Shown here: positions 1 to 12,380 of the stretch, in pieces | Position numbering within the stretch: the first letter of the stretch is position 1 | Layout of the letters: the number at the start of each line of letters is the position of its first letter | DNA from: Lama glama | Lineage: Eukaryota | NCBI GenBank assembly: GCA_028534125.1 | Contig: CM052816.1 | Span: 18,726,001 to 18,790,000 of the forward strand | DNA length: 64,000 nucleotides | Reading direction: 5' to 3' | Notes under the pieces: generated by a model | Database searches by the model: none | What the model was told of the DNA's origin: nothing | The model's input: only the letters and a program-made list of their open reading frames with translations | Made by a program: the position numbers and the translations under genes

Positions 1-499
1 TTCCTCCAGCTTTGTTCTTTTTCTTCAGTATTGCTTTGGTGATCCTGGGTCTTTTGTGATTCTATATAAATTTTAGGATTATTTGTTCTATTTGTGTGAA
101 AAATGTCCTGGGTAATTTGATAGGGATTGCATTAAACCTATAGATTGCTTTCGGGAGTATGGCCAGTTTACCAGTGTTGATTTTTCCAGTCCAAGAGCAT
201 GGGCTATTGTTTCATTTCTTTAAGTCATTTTGTTTCCTTAATAAATGTTTTATAGTTCACTGCATTTAAGTCTTTCACCTTCTTAGTAAGGCTTATTCCT
301 AAGTTTTTTGGGGTTTTTTTTTTTATGTGCTTTTAAAAGAGTTTTTTTTTTTTTTTACTTTGTTTTCTTACTTTCCTTTTCTGATATTTCATTGTTAGTG
401 TAAAGAAATGCACCATATTTCTGAATGTTAAGCTTGTATCCTGCTACCTTGCTGAATTTATTTATCAGCTCTAGTAATTTCTGTGTGGAGTCTTTAGGG
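1..499 (-). mobile_element. Younger L1 ORF2 fragment, 5'-truncated
   Basis: Typical antisense L1 ORF2 sequence (cctccagctttgttcttt...gtggagtctttaggg). Confidence 0.85.
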
Positions 500-1720
500 A
501 AAAAGTTTTACATCATAGTCCAACTGATTATTTTCTATTTTGTCACTTACGCTTTTGGTATTCTAAGAAATATTTGCCTGACCCAAGGTCACAAAGACTT
601 ACTTCTATGTCTCCTTCTATGAGGTTTACAGTTTTACCTCTTACATCCAGGTCTATGATCCATCCTTGGTTAATTTTCATATATGGTGTGCGATAAGGTT
701 CCAGCTTCATCCTTCTGGAATGTGCATATCCAATTGTCCCAACAACTTTGTTGAAAAGACCATTCTTTCTGTATTGAATTACCTTGGCATCCATGTCAAA
801 AACCAATTGACCATAAATGTAAGGATTTCTGGACTTTCAACTTTATCCCATTGATCTACAAGTCTACCCTTATGTCAGCACTGTGCTGTCTGTAAACTTG
901 TAGTAGGGAAGTTTGAGCCCTCCAACTTTATTCTTCTTTATCAAAATTGTTTTGGCTATTCTGGGTCCTTCGCATTTCCATATGAATTTTAGGATTAGTT
1001 TGTTTTTTTTTTTTTAATTTCTGCAAAAAAAAAAAGCTAGGTGGGATTTTGAGAAGGATTGAATTCAATCTGTAGGTCAATTTGGGAAGTAATGCTATGT
1101 TAACAATATTTACTCTTCTGATCCATGACATAGAAGATCTACTTATTTAGATCTTTTAAAATTTCTTTCAACAAGGTTTTGTAGTTTTCAGTGTAAAAAT
1201 CTTGCACTTCTTTTATTAAAATGTGCCTGAATATTTCATTTCTCAAATACTATTATAAATAGAATTGTTTTCTTAATTTTATTTTTGGAATGTTCATTGC
1301 TAGGGTGTAGAAATACATTGATTTTTTGTAGGTTGATCTTACAATCTGAAACCTTGCTGAACTTGTTTATTGGTTCTACTAGGTTTTCAGTGGATTCCTT
1401 AGGATTTTCTATAAGTAAGATAATATCATCTGTAAATAGAAGTTCAGTTCTTCTCCAATTCGGATGCCTTATATTCCATTTTCTCGCCAAACTGCCCAGG
1501 GTATAACCTCCAGAACAATGTTGGATGGAAGATGCAGAGTCTTGCTCCAGTCTTAGTAGTAGTGAATCTAACCTTTCACCAAAAGTTTGATGTTGGCTGT
1601 CGACTTTTTATAGATGTCCTTTATCAGGCTGAGGAAGCTCCCTTCTGTTCTAAGTTTGTTAAGTGTTTTTATTGCGAACAAGTACTGGAGTTTGTTTTTC
1701 TGCATCGACTGAGGTGATTG
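500..1720 (-). mobile_element. Older L1 (L1M-type) ORF2 fragment
   Basis: Degenerate ORF2 peptides: SWIRRVNIVNIALLPKLTYRLN, LFTDDIILLIENPKES (RT ADD motif region), KVIQYRKNGLFNK. Confidence 0.88.
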
Positions 1721-2333
1721 TTCTTTACATACAGACATTACTAACAGACATTAATTCTTGGCTTATGAATTTCCAAAGGTAAAGCTCCCAGCTCTAGGGA
1801 GAGGAAGTGACAACTCTACAGACTGTGGAAGGAAGTTAGAGAAGAGAGATGGTAGCAGACACTGGTGAGTGCCCGGCCTCCAGCTGAGCTTCCAGGGGTG
1901 GTGGCAGAACTCCAGGGAGGGCTGAGCACCTGAGAAGAGAGGTTCCTAAGCCAAATCTCCTGTGTGCCCTGGAGATGACAATCTGAAGAGAAATTGCCTC
2001 CTGCCACTCAACACACAGTGTGGACAGGGAGCCCCAGGAAGGTGGGCCTGTCTCAGGCCCCTGAGTCGTTCCACTGGGGAAGCCAAGGCTTTTCCCACAG
2101 GACAAAGAGGGGTGTGGACGTGTCACGGAGCACGTCAAGGCCAGAAGGCCTCGGGGCTGGCAGATATGGCATGCAGGGACCAAGTCATCAGGACCAAATG
2201 GGAAAGAAGATGCTCCCACAGAAGCCACCTGCAGAGAAGGCCATGCCCTGGGAACAGACAGGAAGAACTCCAGCCCAGGATGGAGCATCTCCTGAGAGCC
2301 AGAGCCTCTCCCTATACTCCAAACCCCAAGCAC

Positions 2334-2420
2334 CTAAGTCACCCCAGGAAAGGGAAGAGAAGGAGAAAATCCTGAACTCTAAGTCACCCCAGGAAAGGGA
2401 AGAGGAGAAAATCCTGAACT
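2334..2420 (+). repeat. Tandem duplication, 45 bp + 42 bp
   Basis: ctaagtcaccccaggaaagggaaga(gaa)ggagaaaatcctgaact twice. Confidence 0.92.
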
Positions 2421-2599
2421 AACTGCATTTAACTTGGAATTTCTGAGTTTTACATCTGAAACGGCAAAATTACTTTTTCTGCCATCAGATAGAATAGAGG
2501 CTTGGAAAAAACTAAACTTAATTAAAAAAAAGAAAAGCTTCTTTTACCTTTTGCACACCTAAGATGTGGCTGAATCAATGGGCAAACACCAGTGAAGTA

Positions 2600-3138
2600 T
2601 GGAATTAGCGCCAGGTACTCAGCTCAGCACACTGGCGAGTAAGATGCAGTGGCATCTTCATAACCTACAGATGTGGAGGGAGAGACCTGGTCTGTGCTGC
2701 TGGGAGGCAGGAGGCATAAGCAGCTGGGGGTGTGTCTTGTCACTGGCAGGGGTGACTGAGCCCAGAGCACACTGGCCCCTCCCCACCCTCAGCCAGAGGT
2801 GGGAAGCAGACATCTTCTGGCTGGTTTTTCTGGCTCCAAGGTGCTCATGGGCTGGCTACTCTGCTGGACCAGATGTTTCCTGGAATCTTGTTTGAGGTCA
2901 GCTTGTTAGAGAGGTGCAATGGGAGTCAGAACCCTGGAGGACTTGAATCAATGACTCATCAGACATCCTGGGCATCACAAAGGTCAGTTTAGGGTCTGCA
3001 TCCACCCAACCCAAGCATGCATGTCAGATGTCCACTTGTAAATCCAAAGACCTAGGAGCCAAGCATCTCCAGCAGTCAGTGTTTTCCAGGCAGAGACAAG
3101 GTCCAGGGACCACTGCCGCAGCTACCCTGTGTCACCTC
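2600..3138 (-). other. SLC25A48: Probable non-coding terminal exon 8 (3' UTR) of SLC25A48; 3' end uncertain
   Basis: Acceptor gttagcatttttcag|GAGGTGACACAGG; downstream sequence resembles the human SLC25A48 3' UTR from memory (not aligned); no canonical poly(A) signal seen nearby. Confidence 0.65.
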
Positions 3139-3619
3139 CTGAAAAATGCTAACAACCCAGACTTGGGGGGAACGCAGGCTGAAACCAGAAACAGGCTGAA
3201 ACCAGAAACAAGAGCACTCACTTAGTGCCCCCTCACCTTCCTCTAACCCCTATGTTTTACGCTTCAGTTTACAAAACCACTTTAGCACTAGATTCTTACT
3301 GAAGCCCTGTAAGGTAAGTAAGGAAGGCCCACTCAGTGTGGCTATTTTACAGATGAGGAAACTGAGGCCCTGAGGGGCCAAATCTTGCCAAGATCACGCA
3401 GGTAATATTGGAACGCAAGGAACTCAAATCCAAGGCGAAGGTCTCCCTAGTCTGAAGTTTATTCCACCACAGGGAAGTAAAAGGACAACGACAACGACAA
3501 CAACAGAGAGGAGTGAGACCCAGAAAACAGGAAGAGAAGTGTCACAGGGCCCAGATGTTCTCACCACTGAGCAAAGGTCACCAGAAACCGGGACTTGCTG
3601 TGCGTTTAGCTGATCTCTG

Positions 3620-3633
3620 CTGCCATCTAGCGG
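3620..3633 (-). promoter_or_regulatory. Candidate CTCF site
   Basis: Minus strand CCGCTAGATGGCAG, close match to the CTCF core CCASYAGRKGGCRS. Confidence 0.55.
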
Positions 3634-3685
3634 CGATTCCACAGTTTATCAACCATGAGACCCTTTAGGTGACTGGTTTTTTTAG

Positions 3686-4110
3686 ATCAGTTCTCAAGGG
3701 GATCCCTGGGGTCAAAACTATTTTCATATGACACTAAGATGTTATCTGCCCTTTTCACTCTCATTTTCTCACAAATGTAAAACGGAGTTTCCCAAAAACT
3801 ACATGGCAAGTGATATCACAACAGATTGAAAGCAGAAGCAAATACAGAATCCAACAGTCATCTGTTTAAACCGGACACTGGGAGATTTGCAAAACGGTAA
3901 AACAGTACAACTCTTCTCATTACTTAGTTTTATTTGGAAAAAATAATTATTTTCATTAAAATATGCTATTATTTAACATAATAGATTTATTATAAATTAA
4001 CAAATATTTTTTAAATTCTCAGTTTTAATTTCTGTAAATGTTATAATCTATATAAACAAAAGCTCCTTGAGGCCCTCCAACATTTAAAGGACCAGTGTGG
4101 AGAACCTCTT
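3686..4110. mobile_element. hAT-Charlie family DNA transposon remnant
   Basis: cagttctcaa start, gtcaaaactattttcata, acagattgaaagcagaagc, gagatttgcaaaac motifs; gagaacc end. Confidence 0.6.
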
Positions 4111-4623
4111 TTGTAGCATAATGGTTACTGGTGTTCTTTTCACCGTCTCCAATAAGGTAAAAGGGCACGTCTGAAGTTCCTCAAGCGCAGGATGCTGACA
4201 CCAAAATTTGTGCTTTGTGTGGAATTCTTTTCTGTCTCTGGCCTTTCTTAAAAGTGGACTTCCATTTGTAAAGACATTCCTGGCGCTGATACAGAGTCGA
4301 TGCCTGTGCTAAGCTCCCCAAGGGCAGGGTCTCTGCCGTGGTCACCCAGCACCTCACACAAGCCCTGGGCACAGTTGAGTCAGAGTCAACACATGTGTTT
4401 TTGGTCGAATGAAAGAAAGGCTATGATGTGTGGATTAAGAAAAATCCGCACACTGCTGGCCCCAAGTATTCCACAAGATAACCTCCAGCAGGAGAATCTA
4501 AGAGGAAGAGGGGCTGTTGCTGGCTGGCGCCTCCCAATACTGGTTACCAAACGAGCTTTATCTGGGTCAGGGTCCAGTGCCTTCTTTAAGATTGAGTTGC
4601 ATCCTTTTCCAGCCCAGGTGTTC

Positions 4624-4656
<33 letters not shown>

Positions 4657-4679
4657 TGTGTGTGCGTGTGTGTGTGTGT
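4624..4679. repeat. (GT)n microsatellite
   Basis: Direct reading. Confidence 0.97.
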
Positions 4680-7600
4680 AGAAAGTGTGCTGCAGGGTGT
4701 GTACAATCAGCACGGGGTGGGGGGTGGCAGGGCAGGGTGTGCAGAGGAAGGGCTGTTACTCAGAGCCTGGTTGAGGTTGGCCAGTGCAGCAGAGCCAGCA
4801 GGAGCCTGAGAAACAAGTTCTCAGCACAGAAGCTGTGCTTGCATTTTTAAAAATTATAAAAGCCATATATGCTCACTGTAAGAACTGAAGCACTATAGTG
4901 GTACACAGAGAAATCACCATCAACATCAAAGTCGAAACTGAAAGATTTTCCCCAATCTCATATTCCCCAAATAGCCACAACTAAGATTGGTGTGCACCCT
5001 TCTAGATTCTTTTCAATATCTATATAATTATGCATATTTAGAATATACTTATATAAAATACATATATATTTTTTAATGAGTAACTTCACACATACTATTC
5101 TGCCACTTCATTTTCCCACTTAACATACTGCCAACACAGTATTTCCATTTCCACTTAGCTCTTTCCATCACCGAGAGGAGCCCAGAAGAGAACCTGGGGG
5201 GGGATGTTTGTTGCTGGGTCCACCCTCCTCAGGAGCATCCGGCAGGAGACCCCAGCCAGCCTTGCGAATATAGCACTACCTACAAACAAACAGGCAACCA
5301 GGACCAGCACCAGGAAATGGTCTAGTGGAGGAGGGCTTAAGAAACCTGTTCAGGAGTGTGTCATGGAGAAGACTTCAGGTTCACCTGGGTTCACCCGGGT
5401 AGGACTAGATGTCAGTCAGCATCTCTTCACCAGTATCCACAGTGCCTTACCCAGCAACGCATACGGACCTGTCTCTCCTGTCAGCAGAACCGTCTCTAAT
5501 ACCCCAGAATGGAAGAACCACAGGGGACCCCCACGGCTGTCCCCAACACCACAGACAGCGTCTGCACAGAGTGAACGCTCAGAAATGTCTGATGACCAAA
5601 GGAAGATGCAGGTGGGATGGGGCGTTTAGACGGCAGCCTGCAGAGCTGCCTGGAGACCCCACGGTGCCAGGGCAGGAAAGGGGAAAGAGACCGTACTGAG
5701 GGCTGCATTGCAAGGAGGGAACCCTTGGCTACAGTAACAGGATGAACTGAGGAGACTGAATGCTTTCAGTTTTGTGCCAGAGCCATGCTTTGTCTTGGTG
5801 CCAGGTCTGCTGGGGTGGGGGCTTTTCAGAGACACGTTCCAAATCACTCAAAGAGGGTGGGAGGCAGTGGAGAAATTAGGGAAGACCCTTTTAAGGAGGG
5901 AAAAAAGGGTAGGAGGAATCTAAGGATATTTCCCAACCAGGATCCAAGCCAAGAATGGCAAAGGGATTCATCAGACTGGCTGCTGGTGGTGTCCCAGGGC
6001 ACTGTGTTGAGAAGGATTCTGAAGCTGCATTCAGCTCAGTCGGAAAGGGCTGTATGACTGATTAGGGGCATTTGCTGTGGGAGTGACGTCATGGGCACGT
6101 ACTGCAGAACCACAGAACAACCACTTCCCCATGGGGTTCCAATGAGAAGTAAAACTGAGATGAATGACATCATAAAGGAAATCAGACCACGGACAGAGGT
6201 TTTGTTCTGTTTTGCTCTCCACGTGAAAATAAGGCCCAGGGAGTGCCCACCCGATCTGCGCTCAATGCTGCCACCCTAGAGGCGCTGTACCAGCTGGTGC
6301 CACCGTTTGGGCAGGGAAATCTACAAGGCTTCCTCGCCTTCTGCTGTCCTTTTCAACCACTGTGCCCTCCCTGCCCACCTTAGGCAGCTGGGAATAAAGA
6401 AGTGAGGATGCCACCCTGAGTTCCTCTCACCTGCATGCAGTGGGCTCTTCTCTGGGCTGGTGACATCTACGAGGGTCTAACAGAGGGAAGAACGAGGGTG
6501 GCCAGTCTCCTGGAAGCCAGGCAGAAGCATCTGATACAGAAATGTTTTTATATGGAAACTCAAGAGACAACGTCGGCTCCTCCGTGAATCTCCAGTGAGT
6601 TTACAGCAGTCGCAGGTGCAGGGTCTATTTCCTCCCGCTTGTTACCAGGGGCCAGTGAGAATCTGACACAGATGGTGATGGCTCCACGGTCGGCCCCAGG
6701 CAGCAGCTCAGGGCCCTGGCCTGCAGGTGAGGAACAGAGTGCTTGCAGATGGGAAAGAAGGGATTCCGAGGGGAGCACGGATAACTGAGGGTTGGAGGGG
6801 AGACCTTCTTTCTCTTCAGTTAATTCCCCACTGCATCAGCTGTAGCGGAAGGAGGCCCTGGTCAGGTGATCCTGGCCCTGAGGGGAAGGAGGAAAGATAA
6901 GACTCTCATCTAACTGTTACCAGTAAGCAAGATCTAGGGGTCAAACAATTCATCTGGAAACTGTTTTTGTGAAGCAAACTTGGCAGAGTATTACCGTGAG
7001 AACAAACTGGGGAGGGGCTAGGATGATGGTAAATGTCCAATAAAAGACATTATAAGAAAACCGTATCTTCTTGCCTTGAAAATGAGTTTTCCTGAAGTGA
7101 AAACAAGCAATGAAGTTTGAAGGTCATGGCAGAGAGCAGACCAGTGTCACTCCAGGAAGGTTCTGGGAGCAGGGGATCGTGGCGGGCAGGGCGGGATGGT
7201 GCAGGTGAATTCACAGGCCTCGGACGAGCCTACGAGCTGACCATGCACAGCGGCTGGGACCCCACTTCTACCACCGAAAGTCACCTTCCTCGTACTCATT
7301 CTGGTTTCTCCATGTGAACCAGTAAAACTAACCACATCATAAAACAACCACCTTACGTGGTGTTTACTGGGTTTCGGATGGTCCTTGGGTCACTCATATG
7401 TGTGAACTGGGAGAGAAAGGAAGGATGAGAGGGGAGTGTTCTTCCTCCACGGGAGTTTGTGGGAGCGGGGGTACAGCTCGGTATCTGGTGGTTGGAAGGA
7501 GGCTGGAGCTGCTTTGAGCTGGATTCTGCTCCCTGCAGACAACTGGAAACAATTCCATGCCATTCCCACCACCTGCAGCTAGACAACATCCTAGGACTTC

Positions 7601-9977
7601 TTAGGAACCAGAGGGATCTCTACTTCTCTCATTGCCTCATCCCACTCTGTCCTCAGTCTAGGCTAAGAAGCTGACACTGGCTGCCATGTCTTCAAAGAGC
7701 GGGTGGTACTGCTGCTTAGAGCATGTCCCGCCCGAGATCTCAGTGTTACTTGGTCAATTCAGATCCCAAACTTGTTAAAGGGGCCTGGTATTCTTGGGTT
7801 AGAGCAGGAAGTTGAACTCCCTGGTGAGGCTGGTTCAAGATGAGGCTCAAGAAAAGTCACTGGGAACCCCCTCCTCCACCTGAGAGGCACCAGCCCCCTC
7901 CCCATCCCAGCAGAGGGAAAGCAGGCAGGCATCTATGCTCTTTGTCCTCCAGAGCACCTTCAGAAGGAAAAGCTTCCAACTGGGGCGGTCACTGCTCAAA
8001 GGCCAAGTCCAGGACAATCAGGACTGGGCTTGCTAGAAACGTCTTCCTTCCTCCTGAAGTTGCCAATCACCAGGGTGGTCACAAGTGGCAAGGTGCCACG
8101 GCTCAGGCAGGCGTCCAGCTACCCTGGGATCTGTGAAGCCTTGGCATTAAAACCACCTTGCGGCTGAAGATTTAATGACATGGAAAAATGGCCCTGAACT
8201 ATTCAAAGGGAGGAGTGAGTTATGTGTAAAGTAGGATCCCATTTGGGGGATAAAAAAGTTAGAATAGTAACAAGGTCATGGGATTACAGGTATTTTTCTT
8301 TTTTTTTCTCTCTCTCTGTTTATTTGTATTTTCTTTTTTTTTTCTCTACAATAAAAATGCACTGATTTTATGACAGGATGTTTTGTAAAAGTCACTTTCA
8401 TTTATTAAAAGGGAGAAGTAGCCCGTATCTGAGCACAGCTTTAAAAAACAGACAACTTTTCTTCCCTGTCTTGGACATAACCCAATACCATGACTCTTCA
8501 CCCAGGATGTTTAATTATGCAAAATGTGTTACTAACCTTTTCCTTTTGTAAGAGAGGGTCAGAAGCCAGGAAAGCTGTGAATGTGGATGCTTTAGTAAAA
8601 AGCTAAAGTATTTGATTTAAAGCCAGCGTCTAGGGCTGGGCCTGGGCTCACTCTCATCAGCCTGCTCCATCCTGTCCTGCTCCTGGGTGTAGGGTCTGGC
8701 CCCATCCATGCTGCCTAGCAGGGCTCTGATGCCCCAGGGGAGGGAGCAGGGAGGCTTGCTAGACCTTCCTGATGAGAATCTGCAGTCACCACAGCTGAAG
8801 CAAAATGGTTTCTCGTTGACTAGAAAATTCAGTGACTTACCTTTTATCTTTTGAGCTCTGCAGATAACTAGTTTGAGGCTTTAGAAAGAGAAACAAGGGA
8901 GAAGAGGAGGAACTGAGGGGATATTGGAAGTTGATCATCCCTCTACTCAATGATGTTTCTTAGTGGCCATTTTTGTACAGGCTTTGCCTGAGGCACTGAT
9001 GATACAGGGGTTAAAAAAAGTCCCAGCTCTCCTGGAACTGTCACGCTGGCTGGGGAGTGAAGAAAGCTGGCAGGCAATTAGGATGCAGAGGGATATGGTA
9101 GGGGCTGAGGAGCGGCTGTGGGAGGGAGCCTAGAGCAGGAGCACCTCCTCCTGGCTCAGGCATCAGAGTAGGCTTCTTGGGGGAGGAGACTTCTAGACCA
9201 AGATCTACATGACAAAGAGGAGCTGCTGAGGCCAAGGACAAGGGTGAGGGGGGAGGCCGGAGAAGAGGGCATCTGGCAGGGTCAGCATGCACAAAGACCC
9301 AGAGTGAGAATGGTATGTTTAGGATGTGAGTGAGGACAAGGCTGTTAAGGAGTGAAACTTAACCTAGTGGGCAATGAGGAGCCACTGAGGGCACTGGAGC
9401 AAGGGGGTCACTTGCTCAGTTCTGTTTTTAAATGCCCCAGCTGTGGCTGCGGTGACCTTTCTACAATGAGAAAGGGAAAAGGAGAGCGTTCGGGAGGCAG
9501 GGGTGGTGGCAGAGGCTGTCCTCTAGAGCTCTGGGAGCCTGTTGGTGGCTCTCAGACTCAGGCTCTGAGTTCAGCAGCAAGGTGGGGAGATGGTACCTGT
9601 GTAACAGCGGGTGGGCACCCTGGTTTGAGTCCTCACTCTTGAGCCTGGGTTACTGAATTTGGACAGTGAAGCTAAATGCATTTCTCTCCAAGGGCTGTTG
9701 AAACTGCTGAGTAGAAACGGATAGGAGAGCTCACTACAAACAGGTAAGTTCTGTGCCGACCTCAGTTACTAAGCACTCAGCTCACCACCAGTCACAGGTG
9801 GCCATTTCAGAAGGACTTTCTGACAAGAAGGATGCCAATTCTAGCCCAGAATTAACACAGATTAAAGAGGAAAGAAATGACAGGTATTTCAGAAAGCCAC
9901 ACCATTTTCATGGCCAAGAGAGACTCAAGCTCCAAGACGGCACAACTGGCTGGGAAGGCGGTGCACTGACCTGGCGC

Positions 9978-10100
9978 TCAGGGGCTGGTCACCACGTGGT
10001 CCCCGCGGATCGCCTGCAGCGAGAGCTCGTAGCCCAGGAACATGGCCGCGCTCATGGGGAAGCCCCGCACGGCATTGACCGTGATGCCTCTGAAAAACAC
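9978..10100 (-). CDS. SLC25A48: SLC25A48 exon 7 (last coding exon)
   Basis: cccgccaaag| VFFRGITVNAVRGFPMSAAMFLGYELSLQAIRGDHVVTSP*; CDS total 46+44+72+259+258+134+123=936 nt, 311 aa; donor CAG|GTCAGT 7 nt after the stop (exon end 9971). Confidence 0.96.
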   Translation of the reverse strand: MFFRGITVNAVRGFPMSAAMFLGYELSLQAIRGDHVVTSP

Positions 10101-10259
10101 CTTTGGCGGGAGGCGGCGTTACCGCAGGGCACCCTCTGCCGAGCGGCCACTGAGGCCAGAGAAAGGGCTGGCGATGCTGCCCACCCACGCCGGCACCCTG
10201 TCCCAGGCTGGACCCTACGGAGCCCAAAGTACCATCCAGGCGGAAACCCTCCGAGACAC

Positions 10260-10435
10260 CCCAGCCACGCCCCCACCCTCACCCACGTCACTTCTCGCGG
10301 GGTTTCCCTTCCCAGGCCCCATACGCATGCGCTAGATACGATGCGCCACCTGTTTGAGTCCCACGAATTGCCGTTCTCTCTCGCGGGTACTTGCGCACAC
10401 GCACACACGCGTGATTCTTGGGACTGGAAGTCAGA
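10260..10435. promoter_or_regulatory. Intragenic CpG-rich promoter-like motif cluster
   Basis: GCCACGCCCC (SP/KLF), CACGTCA (CRE-like), TCTCGCGG twice (BANP-like), CGCATGCGC (NRF1) within about 170 bp. Confidence 0.55.
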
Positions 10436-10544
10436 GCTCCACACGCTTTGCCGTGGTAGGCAGAGGACCTGGCCGTGACAGGGCTTCAGAGGACGTCCCC
10501 AGAGGGGCAGGGTTGGGGGGAACCCAGGCCGTGCTCAAGACAAC

Positions 10545-10750
10545 AGACGTGGAGTCCAGGCACAGCTTTGCCAGTTAGTAACTGTGTTACTTGGGCAAAT
10601 GGCAAAGTCTCTAGAACTCAATTTTCCCACCTGTAAAATGGGGGTAATACTACTACTGACCTCATACAGTTGTTGAGGGAATAAAGGAGATGTTGCTTTT
10701 AAAAACATTTTCACAGTCCCTGCCATGCAGTAACCACTCGTTAACTGTTG
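10545..10750 (+). mobile_element. MIR SINE
   Basis: ctgtgttacttgggcaa...ttttcccacctgtaaaatgggggtaata core. Confidence 0.8.
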
Positions 10751-11869
10751 ACAATCACACCACTATCCTTAACATCAATAGTCACCACTTCATACAGAGT
10801 AGCACTCCACCTCGGTCATTAGATGAGTGCTGAGGGGTATTAATACAAGTGGCCTGCACTGACCAGGTGCTAAACCCCGCCTTTAATACAAGAAGACTAT
10901 CTGTCTTCACCCCTAGGGAATATGGTAAGATGCTTCCCTTCCACCCTGAATCTTCCCACCTGGTGCTGGGTAGACACTGACCTATGTGATGTGGTTCCAG
11001 CCCCTGGGAAGTTTATAACCTATTAGGGGTGATAAGCCCTATTCAGGAGTAATTACAGTGTAACCTAGAACTTGATGAGAACAAATAAAGGACTTGGTGA
11101 AGGGTGGGGTGGGGAGGAGCTGTGATTAAATGTCTTCTCTGGAAAGAGATCACACATCTGAAGACAAATTGCTACCCAAGTGTGAACGGCCTTAGAAGTG
11201 TCAGGTATAAGATAGAAACCTGCTAACTGACTCCTGTATAATTTACTGTTCAGTGACAATGTGGTACTGTAATTTTAAGAAGGTAGAAATCCAGCCCCTT
11301 GCATGTCCCCAGTTTCCTCAGTTGTTGGACACTCTGGTGTCACAGTAGGGGCAGGCTACTGTCATGGGGCAGGACCTGAGCTGACATCCCTTCAGGAGAG
11401 GGAAGAGAAGGGGAGGGAATGACCTCAGTGAACTTTCAGGGAAGGGAGCTGGCCAGGATCCCCAGAGGTCAGCCAAACCCTGGAGTGATTCAGGTAGGGG
11501 GCAAGTAGGCTCCTTGTAACATCAGTACTCCTCTCTAATGTCTAACCTTTCTGGAATTCCACAGGCTCACCCAGGGTGACTGAATAACAGCAAGGAACTA
11601 GGTCAGGCTCCGAGAGGAAAATTCCATGCTGGGTGCACACAGAAGCTCTCGTGTGCACCTGGGTTTGGCGCTGCAAGGCCAGGCAAGCCAGGCAGGGCCC
11701 AGCTTGGTGTGTGATCCTCCTCTCCCATAGTGCTGGGCCATGCAGGAGCTGTGGGCCACCTCAGACAGCCAGAGGTGACTTCCCTCCCAGAGTGGCCTGC
11801 TCTGCTGTGAGGCCCAAAGATGCCAAACAAAGTGCTTTTACCCTGTCTTTTGGAACACAAAACACTAGA

Positions 11870-12380
11870 CCAAGTCTTCATGAAGCCTTAATGGCTCCCC
11901 ACTGGCCAAGGTCAAGACCATACTCTTCCCTGGCCTGCCAGGACCCACACGCTCTGTCCCTACACTTTCTCTAAGCTGCTTCTCCAACTTGACACTCAGG
12001 GCAGTATACTGACCTGTCATTCTTCCTAAGGGGCCAGCTCTCTCCCACCACTGAGCCTCTGCTGTTCCCCTTTACTCGAATGCTCCCCAGACCCAGCTAC
12101 ACCCTCTGGTAGCCCTGCCAGGGCCATCCCGGGTAGGATTATGGCCCCTTGCCTTCTGTACACTCAGTATCTCTGCCTCACAACACTTCTCACACCATCC
12201 TTTAATCACCTGTGACTTGGCTATCTTCTTATTAATAGTCCCAGTCAGGGTAGTGAGACCAGGGCTGTGTGTGTGACTTATCTTTGAATCTCCAGCACCT
12301 GCACTGTGCTTGGCCTAGAGGACCCTCTACACATTGTACTAAATGAATCAGTGGATGGATGGCTGGATGGCTGGATGAAC
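11870..12380 (+). mobile_element. L2 LINE 3' fragment
   Basis: atctccagcacctgcactgtgcttggc...aaatgaatcagtggatgg L2-type 3' end. Confidence 0.6.

Noticed and set aside
1..3000. IL9 exons expected by synteny
   Set aside because: No IL9-like coding sequence seen; it would lie outside the window
9753..10478. 241-aa plus-strand ORF
   Set aside because: Antisense shadow of GC-rich SLC25A48 exon 7; no recognisable protein features
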